Shown in pieces: positions 15,798 through 30,344 of a stretch of DNA of 64,000 bases; the first letter of the stretch is position 1; every line of letters starts with the position of its first letter. Source of the DNA: Eledone cirrhosa (lineage: Eukaryota); NCBI GenBank assembly GCA_964016885.1, contig OZ024742.1, forward strand, positions 155,124,001 through 155,188,000. The letters are read 5' to 3'. The position numbers and the translations under genes are program-made. The notes under the pieces were generated by a model, which did not search any database, was not told the origin of the DNA, and saw nothing but the letters and a program-made list of their open reading frames with translations.

Positions 15798-17131
15798 TAG
15801 GAATATAATGAGATGGATTTGCAACTTTTGTCTTTTCTATGTCTCTATGAATGTAAAACTGATATTTACATATACGAGATTAATAGTGCATTATAATCTA
15901 ATTTGAACATCGTACATCAAACTAACCTGCATTATTCCTAAAGAAATACAACGCTAAGAATGAAATGGGCTACAAAAATGTTGAACAAATCTAAATCAGA
16001 GAAATAAAATAGATTTTGAAATGTCTCCTTTCATTAGATAAAACGCCCTCATAACATGATTTTCCGTTGTTTACGGACACCGTTTTCAGTCAAAAGCATT
16101 CTCCATCCTCTTGTAACATTGTTATGCAACATAGAGAATTGCAATAGATGCCTTCAGGACAAAGCCTATATTGATACATGAAACGAAAATCCGTATATTT
16201 GATTACATTATTTGATTTTATTCGTTCCGGTTCATCCTTTGTTTTAAGGAACAGTTGTTTTAAAGCTTGATTGGTATACACTTAGAATTGAATAAGTATA
16301 AATAATGAAAGTCGATATTTTACTGTATGATCTAATCGGTACTAAAATACAAACTATTCTATTTTTATATGATTTTCTATTGGGAATGCAATGTTTTAAA
16401 TGTAATTTGTTTCTTGATCATTAAATAGTGACTATAATACTTGATAAAATAGGAACAATAAACAAAACATGTTTTTTCTTTTGCTTTCGTTTTTCTTCCT
16501 TAATTTATCTATCTACTGTCTTATCGCGTCTTTTACTGTTTCTTCGTTTTCGTCTTCTTTATGTTCATTTCATTTCTCTTCGTTTTAAGTATATTTGCAC
16601 TGATGTGTTACTTAAAATGAGATCGATTATTCGAGGTGGGACCAAAGGAATAACATTTAAAATGCATATGAATTTGATTCAACTCGCCTCTTGTTTGAGT
16701 GTTTTAACATAGAAAGGAAAACTAATCTTTATCCAAATCTCAGAATCCATGTAGTTTTCTTTTAGTATTCAATTTAATAATAAAGTCTCTACCACTATGC
16801 CAATTCACAAATCTCATGAGTTGTAATGTGTAATGTTTAAACTCTGCCGATACCTCAACTCATTTAACATAAACCACCAATGCTAATTCACATTTGATGT
16901 AATGATCCGTTGGAATTGATATAAAAGCATTATTGTAATCGTTGTTTTAGACTTCTACGAAAAATATTGGAACTACCAAAATCAAGGTACGCAATACTCC
17001 CCTCACTCAAATATGATTGAATTTAGATAATTCCGATCGCTTGGCTGGGTGGCTAGATGTCATCTCATTCTTAAGGAAGCGTTCTTCAAACCAACCCTCT
17101 CATATACCTACATATTATTACTAAAGATTCA

Positions 17132-17287
17132 TCGGACGCCATGCTTTCCAGCATAATTACGTCCCTTTGCGGTCTGAGTTTAACCTCCCGCCGAGGTTAA
17201 CTTTACCTTTCATCCTTACGGGGTCGATAAAATAAAGTACCAGTAATACACTGGTTAATTGCTGGCCTTGTGCCAAAAGTAGAAACA
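17132..17287 (+). mobile_element. 5'-truncated SINE with 18-bp TSD
   Basis: ATTATTACTAAAGATTCA at 17114-17131 and 17288-17305; body close to the 1258 copy. Confidence 0.92.
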
Positions 17288-17340
17288 ATTATTACTAAAG
17301 ATTCAAAGTATACAGAAATACATTCTGCTTTCTCCCCAAA

Positions 17341-17510
17341 GGGGATCTTCTGAATCTTAGAAGATCCCGCTTCAGGCTGTTAGAAGAAATCGTTTGCTTA
17401 AACATTTAACCTGTGCAACTAATAAATATTTCCTCTACGGGTTAATATACATATGTATAAAATGCTTATCGAGTCCTCTCTGGATTTTGGTCTTTCTAAA
17501 TATTAGTTCT
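17341..17510 (+). mobile_element. Decayed PLE tail end (family of 5708 and 35355)
   Basis: AGAAGATCCCG..TTTGCTTAAACATTTAACCTGT..AATAAATATT..CTCTACGG is similar to 35422-35560, with a short 5' inversion GGGATCTTCT. Confidence 0.55.
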
Positions 17511-18138
17511 AACACGTCTGTGTCTCTGCGTGAGTGTATGTGCGTGTCGTCTATGTATGTGTATATGTGTGTATATGTATATATTTTGCTAAAACCTGAA
17601 GATAGGCAAGACGAATTCAGAGAATATGTACGCGCATAACACATTTAAGGCAATCTTTTTTTTTCTACGGCTTCCGTTGTCATTTTTATATTCAGTTTTC
17701 AGAACTACAACCTCCAGGTGTATTACACAATTTCATTTATATAATTCATTTGTTTCTAATAGTTGCTGTGTAATGAAGGGAAATAAAATAGAGCAAATAA
17801 TATAAACACATTGAAAAGGTAAAAAAGTAATAGAAAAAGCGTAACTGTTTTATTTGAAACACAAATGTCAAAGATTGAGCGAAGGATAATGGAAAAAATT
17901 ATAAATGTGTTAATGTACTCTGGTTAGATTTCCGATGTGTCATAAGCAAGTGTAGCCTAAAGATTTAATCCGAATATTTTGCATTAATAGAACAAAATGA
18001 ATAAATACTATAAAACTATGCAGTAAAAGAAATCAACGAACAAACGTGAAATAATATAGATTATGAAATTGAAGGTATATACGCGTGTTTATGAACATGT
18101 TTACTCGTTTGCTTTCATGCATCTATAATCATACTCAC

Positions 18139-18214
<76 letters not shown>

Positions 18215-19142
18215 ATTTCCCCACATATTTGATTAAACATATTCCCCAGTTCTTCTTCGTCTTACTCACGGGTGTCTTTCTAATTCATCTATATTTGATT
18301 CTAAGGACTGATGAAAATCTAAACATTGAGTTTCGAAGAGGCCTTCTATACTGTAGCAATCATTAAAATTAATTGCTTACACTGCATTGCATCATACGAT
18401 GCATATTTATAAAATATATGCATATTTATGACTTGAACTATAATATACCCCGCCAATATTTAATGATATATTCAGAAATTTAAAAAATATTGTGTTTTGT
18501 GCATGTGTGTTGTGCATATTGATATTATACGTAAATATATATATATATATGTAGATATGATACGTCAAATCATAATTGAGAATATGCAGAGAAACTGAAG
18601 ACAGATTGTGTTACACTCTCGTCTGTAATCTGTAAAGTAATCCATGATACTTTTAAAAAATACAATATTATATATAAACTATATTAAGGCAAAATATAAG
18701 GAAAACGAAAAAGGAGAAAATTAGCGATGGATCTATAAACCTTACATAACGATGCAAGTATTTGAACCAAAAGTATTGAGAATTGAGCATTTTAAAAGAA
18801 GTGAATCTAGAAATAAGCAAGAACATTATTTCATCAAGAGTCACGAAATTTAGTACATATATTATGTAATATGTATTCATTATTTTTTCAAAGTAATCCG
18901 ACTTATTTTATAAACGGGTTAAACAAATATATTCAGGACACAGACACGCACTCCTCTCTTTATTATATTATGATTATGCAATATACACATGACGATGTCA
19001 CCAGGATCGAGCCTAACCTAATCACTGAAATGATGATAGTATTTGCAGGAATAACAGTGTGAAGGAATTTCTCTTGTCCAGTCTCCTGCCATTTTAATCA
19101 ATAATGCACACACCCACACACATACGCACACTCACACGCACA

Positions 19143-19187
<45 letters not shown>

Positions 19188-19202
19188 ACACACACACACC
19201 AC

Positions 19203-19235
<33 letters not shown>

Positions 19236-19440
19236 GATATAGATATATATGTATATATATATACATATATACACATATATATATATACATATATATATAT
19301 ACATATAAATACATATATATACATATATATACATATATATACATATACATATATATACATATATATACATATATATACACATATATGTATATACATATAT
19401 ATACATATATATACCATTATATATATATACATATATATAC

Positions 19441-19523
<83 letters not shown>

Positions 19524-20017
19524 GATACGTTCGTGTGTGGGAATGTATGTGTGTGGTTGCGTATGTTATATTTATTTCAGACGGAAAGCTAAATTGTCTC
19601 ACAGCTTCGTGTTTTCGTCAATCATATTATCGTACCAATAATTCACACCACTTTTCCTTCCAAAATAGCTACATTCCGAAAAGGTTGTTACATTACCTGA
19701 GGCTATTCGTATGCTTTTGCTTTTCAATAGTCATTTTGAGAAGCACTTACACACATGCCCCCTTCCACACCTATATAAATATATGAATATATATATATAG
19801 AGAGAGATAGAAATGTATTGTTAGACCTTCACACTTACGTGTGTGTATGCGATTCAGTGCATTATATATATATACGCACACACACACACACGAACGCACG
19901 CACACACATAGACACATATCATACACACATACATACCTACATATATCTAGCTATCCATCTCTCTCTCACTCTACCCCCTCTCTCTCTATATATATATGTT
20001 TATATAATTACAGAGAG

Positions 20018-20066
<49 letters not shown>

Positions 20067-20092
20067 GAGAGAGAGAGTGAGAGAGAGAGAGA

Positions 20093-20129
<37 letters not shown>

Positions 20130-20530
20130 TGAATCGTCAATACAAAACGCATACATTTTTAGACTGATTTTCATATAATATCCTTTTCCATACATTTTCT
20201 ACTTTTGATAATATCTTCATTTCTATTCTGTGGAGCTGTATCTTGCTAAGGGCTATCTTTACAGTGAAGATCAATCACGGCATAAAGCATTGCTCTAACA
20301 ACCAGGAAAAAAGAATTGAAAAGCAACAAATATCTAATATTTCTAATAATGATCATAATAATAATAATTCCACGAATAATTGTAATATGTATGTGCGTGT
20401 ATATACATATATATATGTGTGTGTTTGTGAGTGCGTGTCTGTATGTCTGTTTGCATGTGTGACTGATATGTGCAATTAGAGAAATGTGACCTATAATTAG
20501 TTGTGCGTATATATATGCATATATAGATGC

Positions 20531-20651
<121 letters not shown>

Positions 20652-22129
20652 CATACATACATTGCGTAAGCTTTTCGTTTTCGCCATTATAACCGATATA
20701 CGATGCTGGATCTATTCTAAGTGTAAACTACCTTTCACCAACAAAGAATACCCCTCTTGTCTTTCAATTCGCTTCCAACGATTTGTATCACAATGGAATT
20801 TACTTCAAATGCATGGTTTTCCGCTTTTGATTTTAAGTCTTTCAATGCTGTAATTCGATAGTAGTGAAATTAAAGACTTTTGACGTACGTTTCTTTAGCC
20901 ATACAAAGCTTTACAATCAATACCATACTATGTATTCTCAAATTTTAACACAGGACTCACAACGTCGAGGAAATCAAAGTAGTTTCAAGACTAAGTATGT
21001 TATTTTTTTCTTTTCACAAAAGCATGAATATCACATCAACAGCACATTCACATTCATAGATATGTAAGCAATCGATACATTATTTAAATAGCTTTGGAAA
21101 TCTTTGGAAATCTCTCACTATAAACAGCATTGCTGCATATTTGATTTCGAACGCAGCCTACATCCAGACATCAATATGGTGTAAGCTTATATAAAATAGA
21201 TATACAAATTGCCATCTTGATTAATGGGTTACCTAGGCAGATCATACTCTTACTTATTTTATCCTACCTAAAGGAATTACTTATAGAAATCTAGTGTAGA
21301 GAAATATTCTCCAAAACATATTTCATCTAATGCATCTCGAATCTTCATTAGCTACATCCACTAGTTGATAGAAAGTCCCCCCAAAATTGTTAACCTTTGT
21401 TTAAAAGAGAGGACCACATATAACGTAGTCTTAGGTACACTGAACTATAGCGGACACAGTGTTGCTTCAAACACCTTTAATCATAGGGCCATCCGATTAT
21501 TGCTGAACATCTGCTAAATAATAACAAAACGTCGTTCTTAAACAGGAAACGGCAAGTCTCAATGCTTTTGAATGAACCACAAGTTACAGCAGCCATATCC
21601 CTCTCAAATCACACCGTACCTTTTTACAAATAAGATTCTGTACACGGTATGTGAATATAAAACAGGTTGAACACATTTGATTGTAGATGTTTTATATCAG
21701 GGATGCAAGGTGGGTGAACTACAAATATATTCTAATATATTGCGAGCAACATCCTATTTATAGAAATCAAGCATAATATCTTCCTCCACTACTTCACTTA
21801 CAATATAAAAAATAAACAAAAACAAAACTATCATTTCTTATTAAATTAGAAGTAGTTGAATTACTTTTAAATAAGTTGATGCCACGTCCTAGGCTGTTCA
21901 ATTCCTAAATATAATTTAATTCGTTTTGCAAATTAATTCAATATTGTTGTAAGCACATGGGTTAACGTTTCCAGCATTCAAGGATTCTACAAGTTGAATG
22001 CCCGCAGATATATTAACATTAAACTTAAGTATTATAGATATAGGTTAAATTTAAGATCTATTAAAGGATTTAATGATGGAGATAGCCACAAACAACCTCC
22101 GCTAATATCTTCATTGTTTTCTGTTATGA

Positions 22130-22320
22130 GGGCGGTGGTTCGCTAGAGCAATTAGAGTGTCGGACAAATGCTTAGACCCTTAAGATCTCAGGGCAAATTC
22201 CTTCAATGTCACCTTGTGTATTTCATCCTTCCGAATTCGCTAAAATAAAATACCAGACAGGTAGTGGGTGATATTATCGTATTTCTCCATCACCTCAAAT
22301 TGCTGTCCTAAATTAGAAAT
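22130..22320 (+). mobile_element. Old, degenerate SINE copy
   Basis: GGCGGTGG..GTGTCGGAC..TTTCATCCTTCCG..TAAAATAAAATACCAG..CCTAAATTAGAAA. Confidence 0.6.
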
Positions 22321-23742
22321 CCTTGTTCTCTGTTATCTTTCAGTAAAGAGAGTTCCCACCCATTGGATGTTTCATTCTTACTCTATATTTCTCTCGTTGG
22401 GTGCGGACACTTTCTTTCTAAAGTTAGCTGTAAATGTATCTGGCCATTCCTTTACTTCTTGAATTGAATTGATATGATATTTCGGGTAAAAAAACCCATA
22501 CAAGCATTATGACAAAAACAGTGTTTTCAATTTAGAGAAATCTAAAGCTGGGTGGCTCATATACATAAGCTGATGGTTTGGTGTCTTGCCCGGTAATTTA
22601 GATTAGTGATTTGGTTTGCCGGTAGACCTATACTGAGCAATATTTACATTTTTACCAATAGCTGAGGTTAAGAAGTTTGCTTCCCAAATGCACTGGATAT
22701 TTGGACAGATTTTTCCGACTGTAACTACATGTGAAACAATTTCTCGAGAATCATAATTAAACGGGACGTTTTTCTTGGCGGCGAATTAACAGTAATTAGA
22801 ACTGAGAGGAATATATCTTGCTCCTGCTAATGCAAATGTTCTCACTCAATGCCGATTATATTACCAGTCAATTCTTGATTGTCTATACTGTTAAAATGCC
22901 AGCTAGACATATGATGGTAAATGTTCGATTTTATGCGTTCTCTGTTTATGTGTGCATCTCATGTTGGCTATATTTCCTGTGTTCGTGATTAATATGCTCC
23001 AATCTCAAGCTGAAAAAAAAAAAGAAAAAAACAACACGGGTACGGCTCTTCGGGAGTTTAACAAAGCGCTTAAAAAAATATATACTATATACACGTAGTT
23101 TCATTCCATTTTATCAAGTTTACGATAGAAAATATGTCGTATTTCATCTATGCCACACTCCTATGTTTGCAAATTACTTGATTAATTAATTTGCACGCAG
23201 AAAAGCAAACATTGAACAAAAACATAACACAAAAATAAAACATAGAAAATAAAATAAGTTCATGAACTTAAGAAACATCGAGTATTTTTAATTTTCCAAG
23301 TGAAATTCTTGGCAAACTGATAATCAAAAAAGGAGGATTAACCCTATTAAATTCGGGCGCATGATCATGAGAACCAGCTCCGAGATTGTAAGCAACAAAA
23401 TATAATTAATATTCGTGTAAATGTAAAATAAAATCGGATTAACCATTTTGGTCTTCGAAACTTATCTAAACGTATTTTTCTCTATTCCCCAAAATATATT
23501 AATATGTTCTGTGACACTTATTTCTAAGAGATCCTTTATATATATGGGTGCTAAATATGGCATGTATTTTTAAATTTCCAAATATTATACAACGAAATCT
23601 TTTCCGTACATGTATACATGTAGGTATGTATGTGTGTACGTATCTATGTATGTATATGTGTATGAATTTGTGTATTTATGAGTTAAGCATTATTCCAAGT
23701 AACCTTGACAGTACATTCTGACGATGTATATAAGAGTGTATG

Positions 23743-23801
<59 letters not shown>

Positions 23802-24804
23802 GAGTGTATGTGTGTGTAGATAGATAGATAGATAGATAAATATGTACGTATGTAGGTACGTGTCAGTCGCTCTTGTTGGAGTCGTAGGAGCACCATCATG
23901 GGCCAGATAAATATCTACATAACACGAATACGCCAAAGTACTAGACTGCTCCTTTTTGTATCGCACAGGAAATGATGATGAGAAAAATCTTTCGACTATT
24001 TAATATATTTGGCCATTCCACGCTTTACTGAATGTGTGAGATACAATGGGACATGTTTGTGAAAGTGTTAAAATCATAATTTCTTACATTTTGCAAAATC
24101 ATTTATATAATTACATAGGAGTTCAATGTTATTGCATACATAATGGTAAATAAAGCACAACAACAGCTTTGGTCAGGTTATCTGTATCGATAATGCAGGG
24201 TATTTAAGTTAAAATAACTTCCTCACGAAGTATAATGTTATTCTGAATGATAAACTTCGTTGGATATGTGTTTCTTCTTAGAGTGTATGAACATATAAGC
24301 AAAAGAAAACAATCTTTGATGTGATATTTTTAATGTCCTCTATTTTGATTGAAAACCATATTGTTTTCACAGCATTTATAATTATATTCCAATTCACACA
24401 GCCTTATACACCGTGGTTCCTTCTCAAAAGATTGATATTACTAAACTCTGTTTTGGTTTATAAATTGCTGTTACAAATTATATAAAATTGTTTCTTTATC
24501 AATATTCCATATATTTTAGAAGCTTCTGTTTTCGTTTCAGCGTAAAAAAATATGACGAAAAAAAACAAAAAAAACATTATCCATGTTAAATATATTTTAC
24601 AAAATAAAAGTTTGCTTGAAAGTTAATAAAAAATATATGAAGTCATGTATTCTTTCAATGTTTGTTTGGTATAACACTCAAGACAATATTGAAACATGTT
24701 TTCATTTCCTCTCAGTATATTTTTACATCGCATACAGAAAATGATATAATATATAATATTTTATATATATATATATACGTGTGTTTGTGTGTGTGTGCAT
24801 AAAT

Positions 24805-27800
24805 ATATAATAATAATAATAATGTCATTTGTTGGCCACAAGGTCCGACATATAGGGGACAGTACAAAAGACTGGGACAGTGGGGGTTTACATATACAAC
24901 GTGTAAGCAATATAAATATACATAACAACATAACAAAAATACAAAGAAAATTCCCCAATAGTGGGGATAACCACCCATGGTTCACTCATGTACCCCACAA
25001 ATCCTAAACGAGCCGACGCTTCGAGAGCACCCGGGAATGGCATGATCAGAGTAGGCTCACTCACACGGGCCATTCTCGCCACATTCTCCCACCTTTCAGC
25101 AAATGTACAAGGGTCAGCACTTCCCTCTCCACCCTCATCTTCCTTTCCAAGTGAAACTAGAAAAAGTTGATGAGGGATTTGCCGAAGAGAAAAGTGTCTG
25201 TCTTCAGTCCTTTCATCCTGGTCCACCATACAACCTCTTTCGCTACTGCCACCAGACTGAGGAACATTGCCTGCCCTTCCTGGCCAAAAGAAGGCGGTGG
25301 GTCGATCTTCACTATGGACATTGCTGACAGCCGGATCCGTTCTACACGCGACAATAGCAGTTCGACATAACTCCACAAGTCAGTAATGCACGGACACTGG
25401 ACGAGTGCGTGCAGAATGGTTTCGTCGCTCTGCGCGCATCTCGGGCAGGTCCGTCTGACAGCGCCTCCGTGCCTGTAGAGTTTATCTCGAAACGGCAGTG
25501 CCCCCCCCCCCCCGGTTGAACTGCCAAGCGAGGGATTTTTGGAAATTATCCATCGTCCCCGGCTAGAAATTGCTCCGGAACAGACTGGTTAGTTCGGCTT
25601 TGTCGACGCCCAGATCCTCTCCCGGTGCGTCGTTGCACTTGCCCATACTAATCCTCCATAGAACTCGAGAGAGGAAGTTCCACTGAGCACATTGCCCGCC
25701 TGGTTGAGAGCAGTGAGTATCTGGCAACATTACAGATGCCAGTCAGGCAGTCTCGGTCTCTTCTTCACCCAGGACAGCAGCTCAGTAAAAGAGACGAGCT
25801 GCGGAAAAGCCCGTCTTACAAACGGCGATCACACCTGTTCACCGTTTAGGCAGAATACCTGGAGATACCGCCACCTCAGAACGTGTCTGCACATCATTAG
25901 CCACGGCATGCCCAGCCCTCCACGTAGAGGGTGTTGGCAGCAGATGGACCGCCTCACCAACGGAACCTGTCCCCTCCACAAGAATTTGAAGAGGAGCCAT
26001 TCCAAGTTGGCGAGGTGCAAACGGGGGCATAGGACGACAGTCAGACAGTAATAGATGACGGACGATGTACGCGTTCGCCACCTCCGCCCGACCTTTGAGT
26101 GATAGCTTCATCCCAGCCCATTTCTGGGTGAGACTGGCTACCCTGTCCGTCACTTCGTCCCAATGTTTATCCACCTGGAGGTCTGGCCCGAAACAAACCC
26201 CGAGCAACTATACCGTTCCATCCGTCCAGCCCCCAATGACGCTGTTGGACGACATGGACGTGCCTCTCCAGATGGCGAGTTGCAAGCCCTCCGACTTTTC
26301 CGGGTTAAGTTTTGCTCTCGTCAAACTTTCATATTCCTCCAATAAGTTGCCGACCACCTCGATTTCTGAAATGTTGAACACCATCACTGCGATGTCGTCC
26401 GCATAAGCTGACGCAGCCTTTTCGCGTCCTGGTTCGAGCGGGATGCCCTGCAACAGCTCCATCTTCCGCAGTAAAGGCTCGAGAGTCAATACGTACAGAA
26501 GGGAGGAGAGAGCCCTCCCTTGACGAACCGATCGCGAGATCTGAAACGATTCCGAGAGGTGGCCATTAATTTGACCACTGATCAGATGCCGCTGTGCATT
26601 GTAGCGACCCAGCTTTGAAGACGGGGCCGAAGCCAGCTGCCTTGAATGCTTTCGAATGCTTTCGATATATCTAAAATGATCAAAGCCCTACCGAAGCCAG
26701 GTTTACACCCTACCCTCTCCATGTTGTATCGCATCAGGTGGAGATTGTTGCGCCTCCCCAACCAAATCCTCTACGACAAGCACCTTGTGCAAAATCTTAA
26801 ACTCTTTGTTGAGCAGAGTTATGGGACTTAAATTGTCTAATGTGTCCATCTTGTTCTCGTCTTTCCTTATCAGCATCGCTAGGCCCCGGTTCACAGAACT
26901 GGGAATACACCCGTTCTGCTACCAGTTGCAGTAGAGCGCTTCGAGGAGATCGTAGAACATGTCTGGCATATTTACGTAAAGCTCGTAGCGTAGACTATCC
27001 ACACCGGGTGACTTGTGCTTCATGCGACCGACAAGGGCATACTGAATCTCGGCTGAAGTAATCGACCTTTCGCAGCGCTCGACGTTGGCCGTCGAGAGTT
27101 GCGGCAAGCCATCGAGGTAAGGACTGAAGTCCCCACCAGTTATGGTGTTTGTATTTGTGTTGTTGCTGGCGGTTTTGCCAGTGTTGGTGTTGGTTGTGGT
27201 CCTCGCCCCGGCGTCGGCAGCAGTGGAGCCCTTCGACCCCTTGCATCTTTCAGCAGTTGAGGGCAGAAGGATTGCAAATGAGCTTTTCCCCGACAAACGA
27301 AACAATGCGGCCCTTTACCCTCATTCATCATGTGAATTACCGTCCCGTTCTGAAGACGGATGTGGCCGGGGATTGTTTTGACATTCTCCGGCCTCATCTG
27401 GAGAAGTATCACCATGTCAAGCCTGGACTAGTCCTCTCTGGCAATTCTTGTTACTTCTATCGGGACGGTATCCGTCCCCTCCACAATCACACATCACAGA
27501 AGCCACCACATATCAAGTCCTGGTGGGATTTTGGAAATGCTGAGACAGGCTGTTCTTTTTCCCATGTGGGAGGTGTACATTATGACCTTGCTGGTTTTGC
27601 AAAGTGTCATCGCATGTTTCATAGCGAAGGCTTCTGACTTAAACAGCACCGAAATGGTGCCGTGTTGTCTGCCTCTCGCTATGTCTTCAGTGTGATCCCT
27701 GATGCACGTCAGTGCGACTTCGACATCTACTTGTGGAATTCAAGCTGCCCTCTTGGTTTCTGCTGAGATGCACCGTTCTGCGCTCCACTGCTTTAATAGC

Positions 27801-28349
27801 TTCTACAGGGACAGTTAAGTTAGCCCAGGTTTGCTCTTTCCTGATGAGTTTCCAGGCCTAGGCCAACTTTTCATCTTTGTTCGAGAGGTCCATGCTGAAG
27901 CATGGCCACTTTTTGGTGTTCTTCTTGTTGTCATTGGTGTTGATGTTGTTGTTGTCGTTGTTCTTTGTTGGTTTTGTTGTTGTTATCAACGTTGCTGTTG
28001 GTTATATCTTTGGTGCCGCCGTTGTTGTTGTGCTCGGTGCAGTTGGTATTGTTGCTGTTGTTGTTGTCGCTATTTGTTTTCTTGTTAGTGGTGTTAATAT
28101 TGTTATTGCATTTGTTGTCATTTTTTCTGTTGTCTGTATTTTGGTTGTCGCTGTTACTATTATAGTTGGTGTAGTCATTTTTTTCAAGATCAGTGTTCTT
28201 ACGTTATTTTCAATACTGTCTTTGTTTACGTTGTTTTTGGTGGTGTTTGTTGTATCAATTTCTGTAAATTTCGCCGTAACGCTGCTCTCAACTTTTACCT
28301 CGTAATCATACGAGAGCAGACATACCACAGTGGGGCGTGTCTCAATCAT
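24805..28349 (-). mobile_element. Decayed L1/Tx1-like LINE: ORF1 (CCHC knuckle) joined to RT by an internal deletion, (ATT)n tail
   Basis: ORF1 remnant CFVCRGKAHLQSFC. RT motifs KSPGVDSL.YELY, SPITLLN.EFKIL, SVRQG..SPLLY and AYADDI (YADD at 26394-26405), KLNPEKS; C-terminal RDKLYRH region. Many stops and frameshifts. Confidence 0.9.
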
Positions 28350-28597
28350 GTTTTTTTTCGATAATTTTTTTTAAATGTAAAAAGTTCAAATATTTGGGCC
28401 AGAAGGCCGAAATATTATACTTTCACTTTCACAGGGCAAAGTTCAAGAGCTTATATGCCTTACACAACACTAAAATTAAACAATAAATAAGTGTTGACAG
28501 GTAAATAAAGAGGCTTACGAGGGTGAGCAAAAAGACGTCCGCTCAGACCAATAATAATAATAATAATAACAATAATAATAATAATAATAATAATAAT

Positions 28598-28786
28598 AAT
28601 TGTTTCTTATATAGACACAAGGACAGCAATTTTGGGTGAGGTGACTGGTACTTTATTTTATCGACCCCGTAAGGATGAAAGGCAAAGTTAACCTCGGCGG
28701 GATTTGAACTCAGATCATAAAGGACCGTAACTCTATGCGTCAAAGCATGGCGTCCGGCCCTCTACCGATACTGCCAATCCACCGCT
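28598..28786 (-). mobile_element. tRNA-derived SINE flanked by (AAT)n on both sides
   Basis: Reverse complement of the 1258 family. Confidence 0.9.
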
Positions 28787-28788
28787 AA

Positions 28789-28843
<55 letters not shown>

Positions 28844-29149
28844 GTTCTTCTGGAAACAAATATGCACTGGTGGTTTTAAAGAAATAATCAGGATATCAAA
28901 CACACAACAAGATCATGGACAAAATGCAAACTGAAAATAATGTGGGAAATGTAAACCACTTGGTAAATGGGTGTATGAGCGTTGCTCAAAATGTATCCCA
29001 CCGGCTTCATGATAAGGTCTATCTATATATAAGAACTGGTATGAAGTAATGCAGGAGGATTGTAAAGCAACCATATTCTGAGTTTATGCTTGTCAGAGTG
29101 AGATAATAATTGAGCATCGCCAAACTTGTCACACTTAATCCCTATCATA

Positions 29150-29790
29150 TTTGATTACAACTTACCAAATAATAACGAACTATATTTCCTCTACTCCGCC
29201 ACACGCATCATGTTTGTCTTCTTTCAAATTTACGGCGATCTTTTCATTCGACCGTGTAAAACCTTTCAGCAAATAAACCTGCCACTTTTTTCAACTTCAC
29301 TTTGAAACATTTCTGTCGAACTTATTGTCTCGGCCTATGAGCAAATGCTCCCCCTCCCTGTGTTAGTCTCTCTACATTTTCGTTATAATTCACTACACTG
29401 TCCCAAACATCTTCCAAAAATGTTTATCTTTCTTCCATATCAGAAATCATTTCTTGATGATGTTCTCCAAATATTTCCTCGAAAAAGTTCTTCAATTCGA
29501 TTGAAAAGACATATTTGTAGAAATTCCTAACCTGTAGTACCATATATTCTACATTAGGCATTATAATGCCACATCACTTTGTCTCAGTTATTCATGTTCT
29601 GTTAGCCATACCCTCACTTCTAACCAGTAATGCCCATTCAATATTTCTGAGTGTTGCATAATTTCTAAGAACATTTCTCATTGTCCTGTTTAATTTTTCC
29701 CAGTTCTTCTCGTGGATTTTTGCAAATCCCTTCATATTCTCTTCACCCACCCTGCATGCTTTTTTCCTTTCATATCATCAACTACCTCCA
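29150..29790 (-). pseudogene. Possible heavily decayed Gypsy/Ginger-type integrase fragment
   Basis: Manual minus-strand translation EKLNRTMRNVLRNYATLRNIEWALLV..ANRT resembles the integrase ER.NRT.K..L...W motif; many stops. Confidence 0.35.
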
Positions 29791-30178
29791 ACTTGTATCA
29801 GTAACGGAATTTGCTTCATATATATATATATAATTAGGTATGTATGCATGTATGTATACTTTTTTTATTATCTTGTGAAACCCAATTAATTTTCAATCAG
29901 GTGATACATGACATTAATCTATTATATATTTCATGAAAACTTTATCATAAACTGGTTCTACCCATCAGATTAATTTAGATTTTGCCTTGTATGTATGCAA
30001 ATAAGTACTGTCTAGTTCTCTCTTGCAGGATGTTTTGTGTTATTTACAATAGGAGTAAATAACAGTAAGAGTTTGAATTACTTTATTGCATATCATATAT
30101 TTGTAAATATTTGTTTTCATTTGATAGAAGCATATCAACTATTGTATTCTGAAGTCACAGAGAGAGGGAGAGAGAGGG

Positions 30179-30344
<166 letters not shown>

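Noticed and set aside
27831-28305. Hydrophobic + strand ORFs that look like membrane proteins
   Set aside because: They are the antisense of the Thr-rich (ACA)n region of LINE ORF1.
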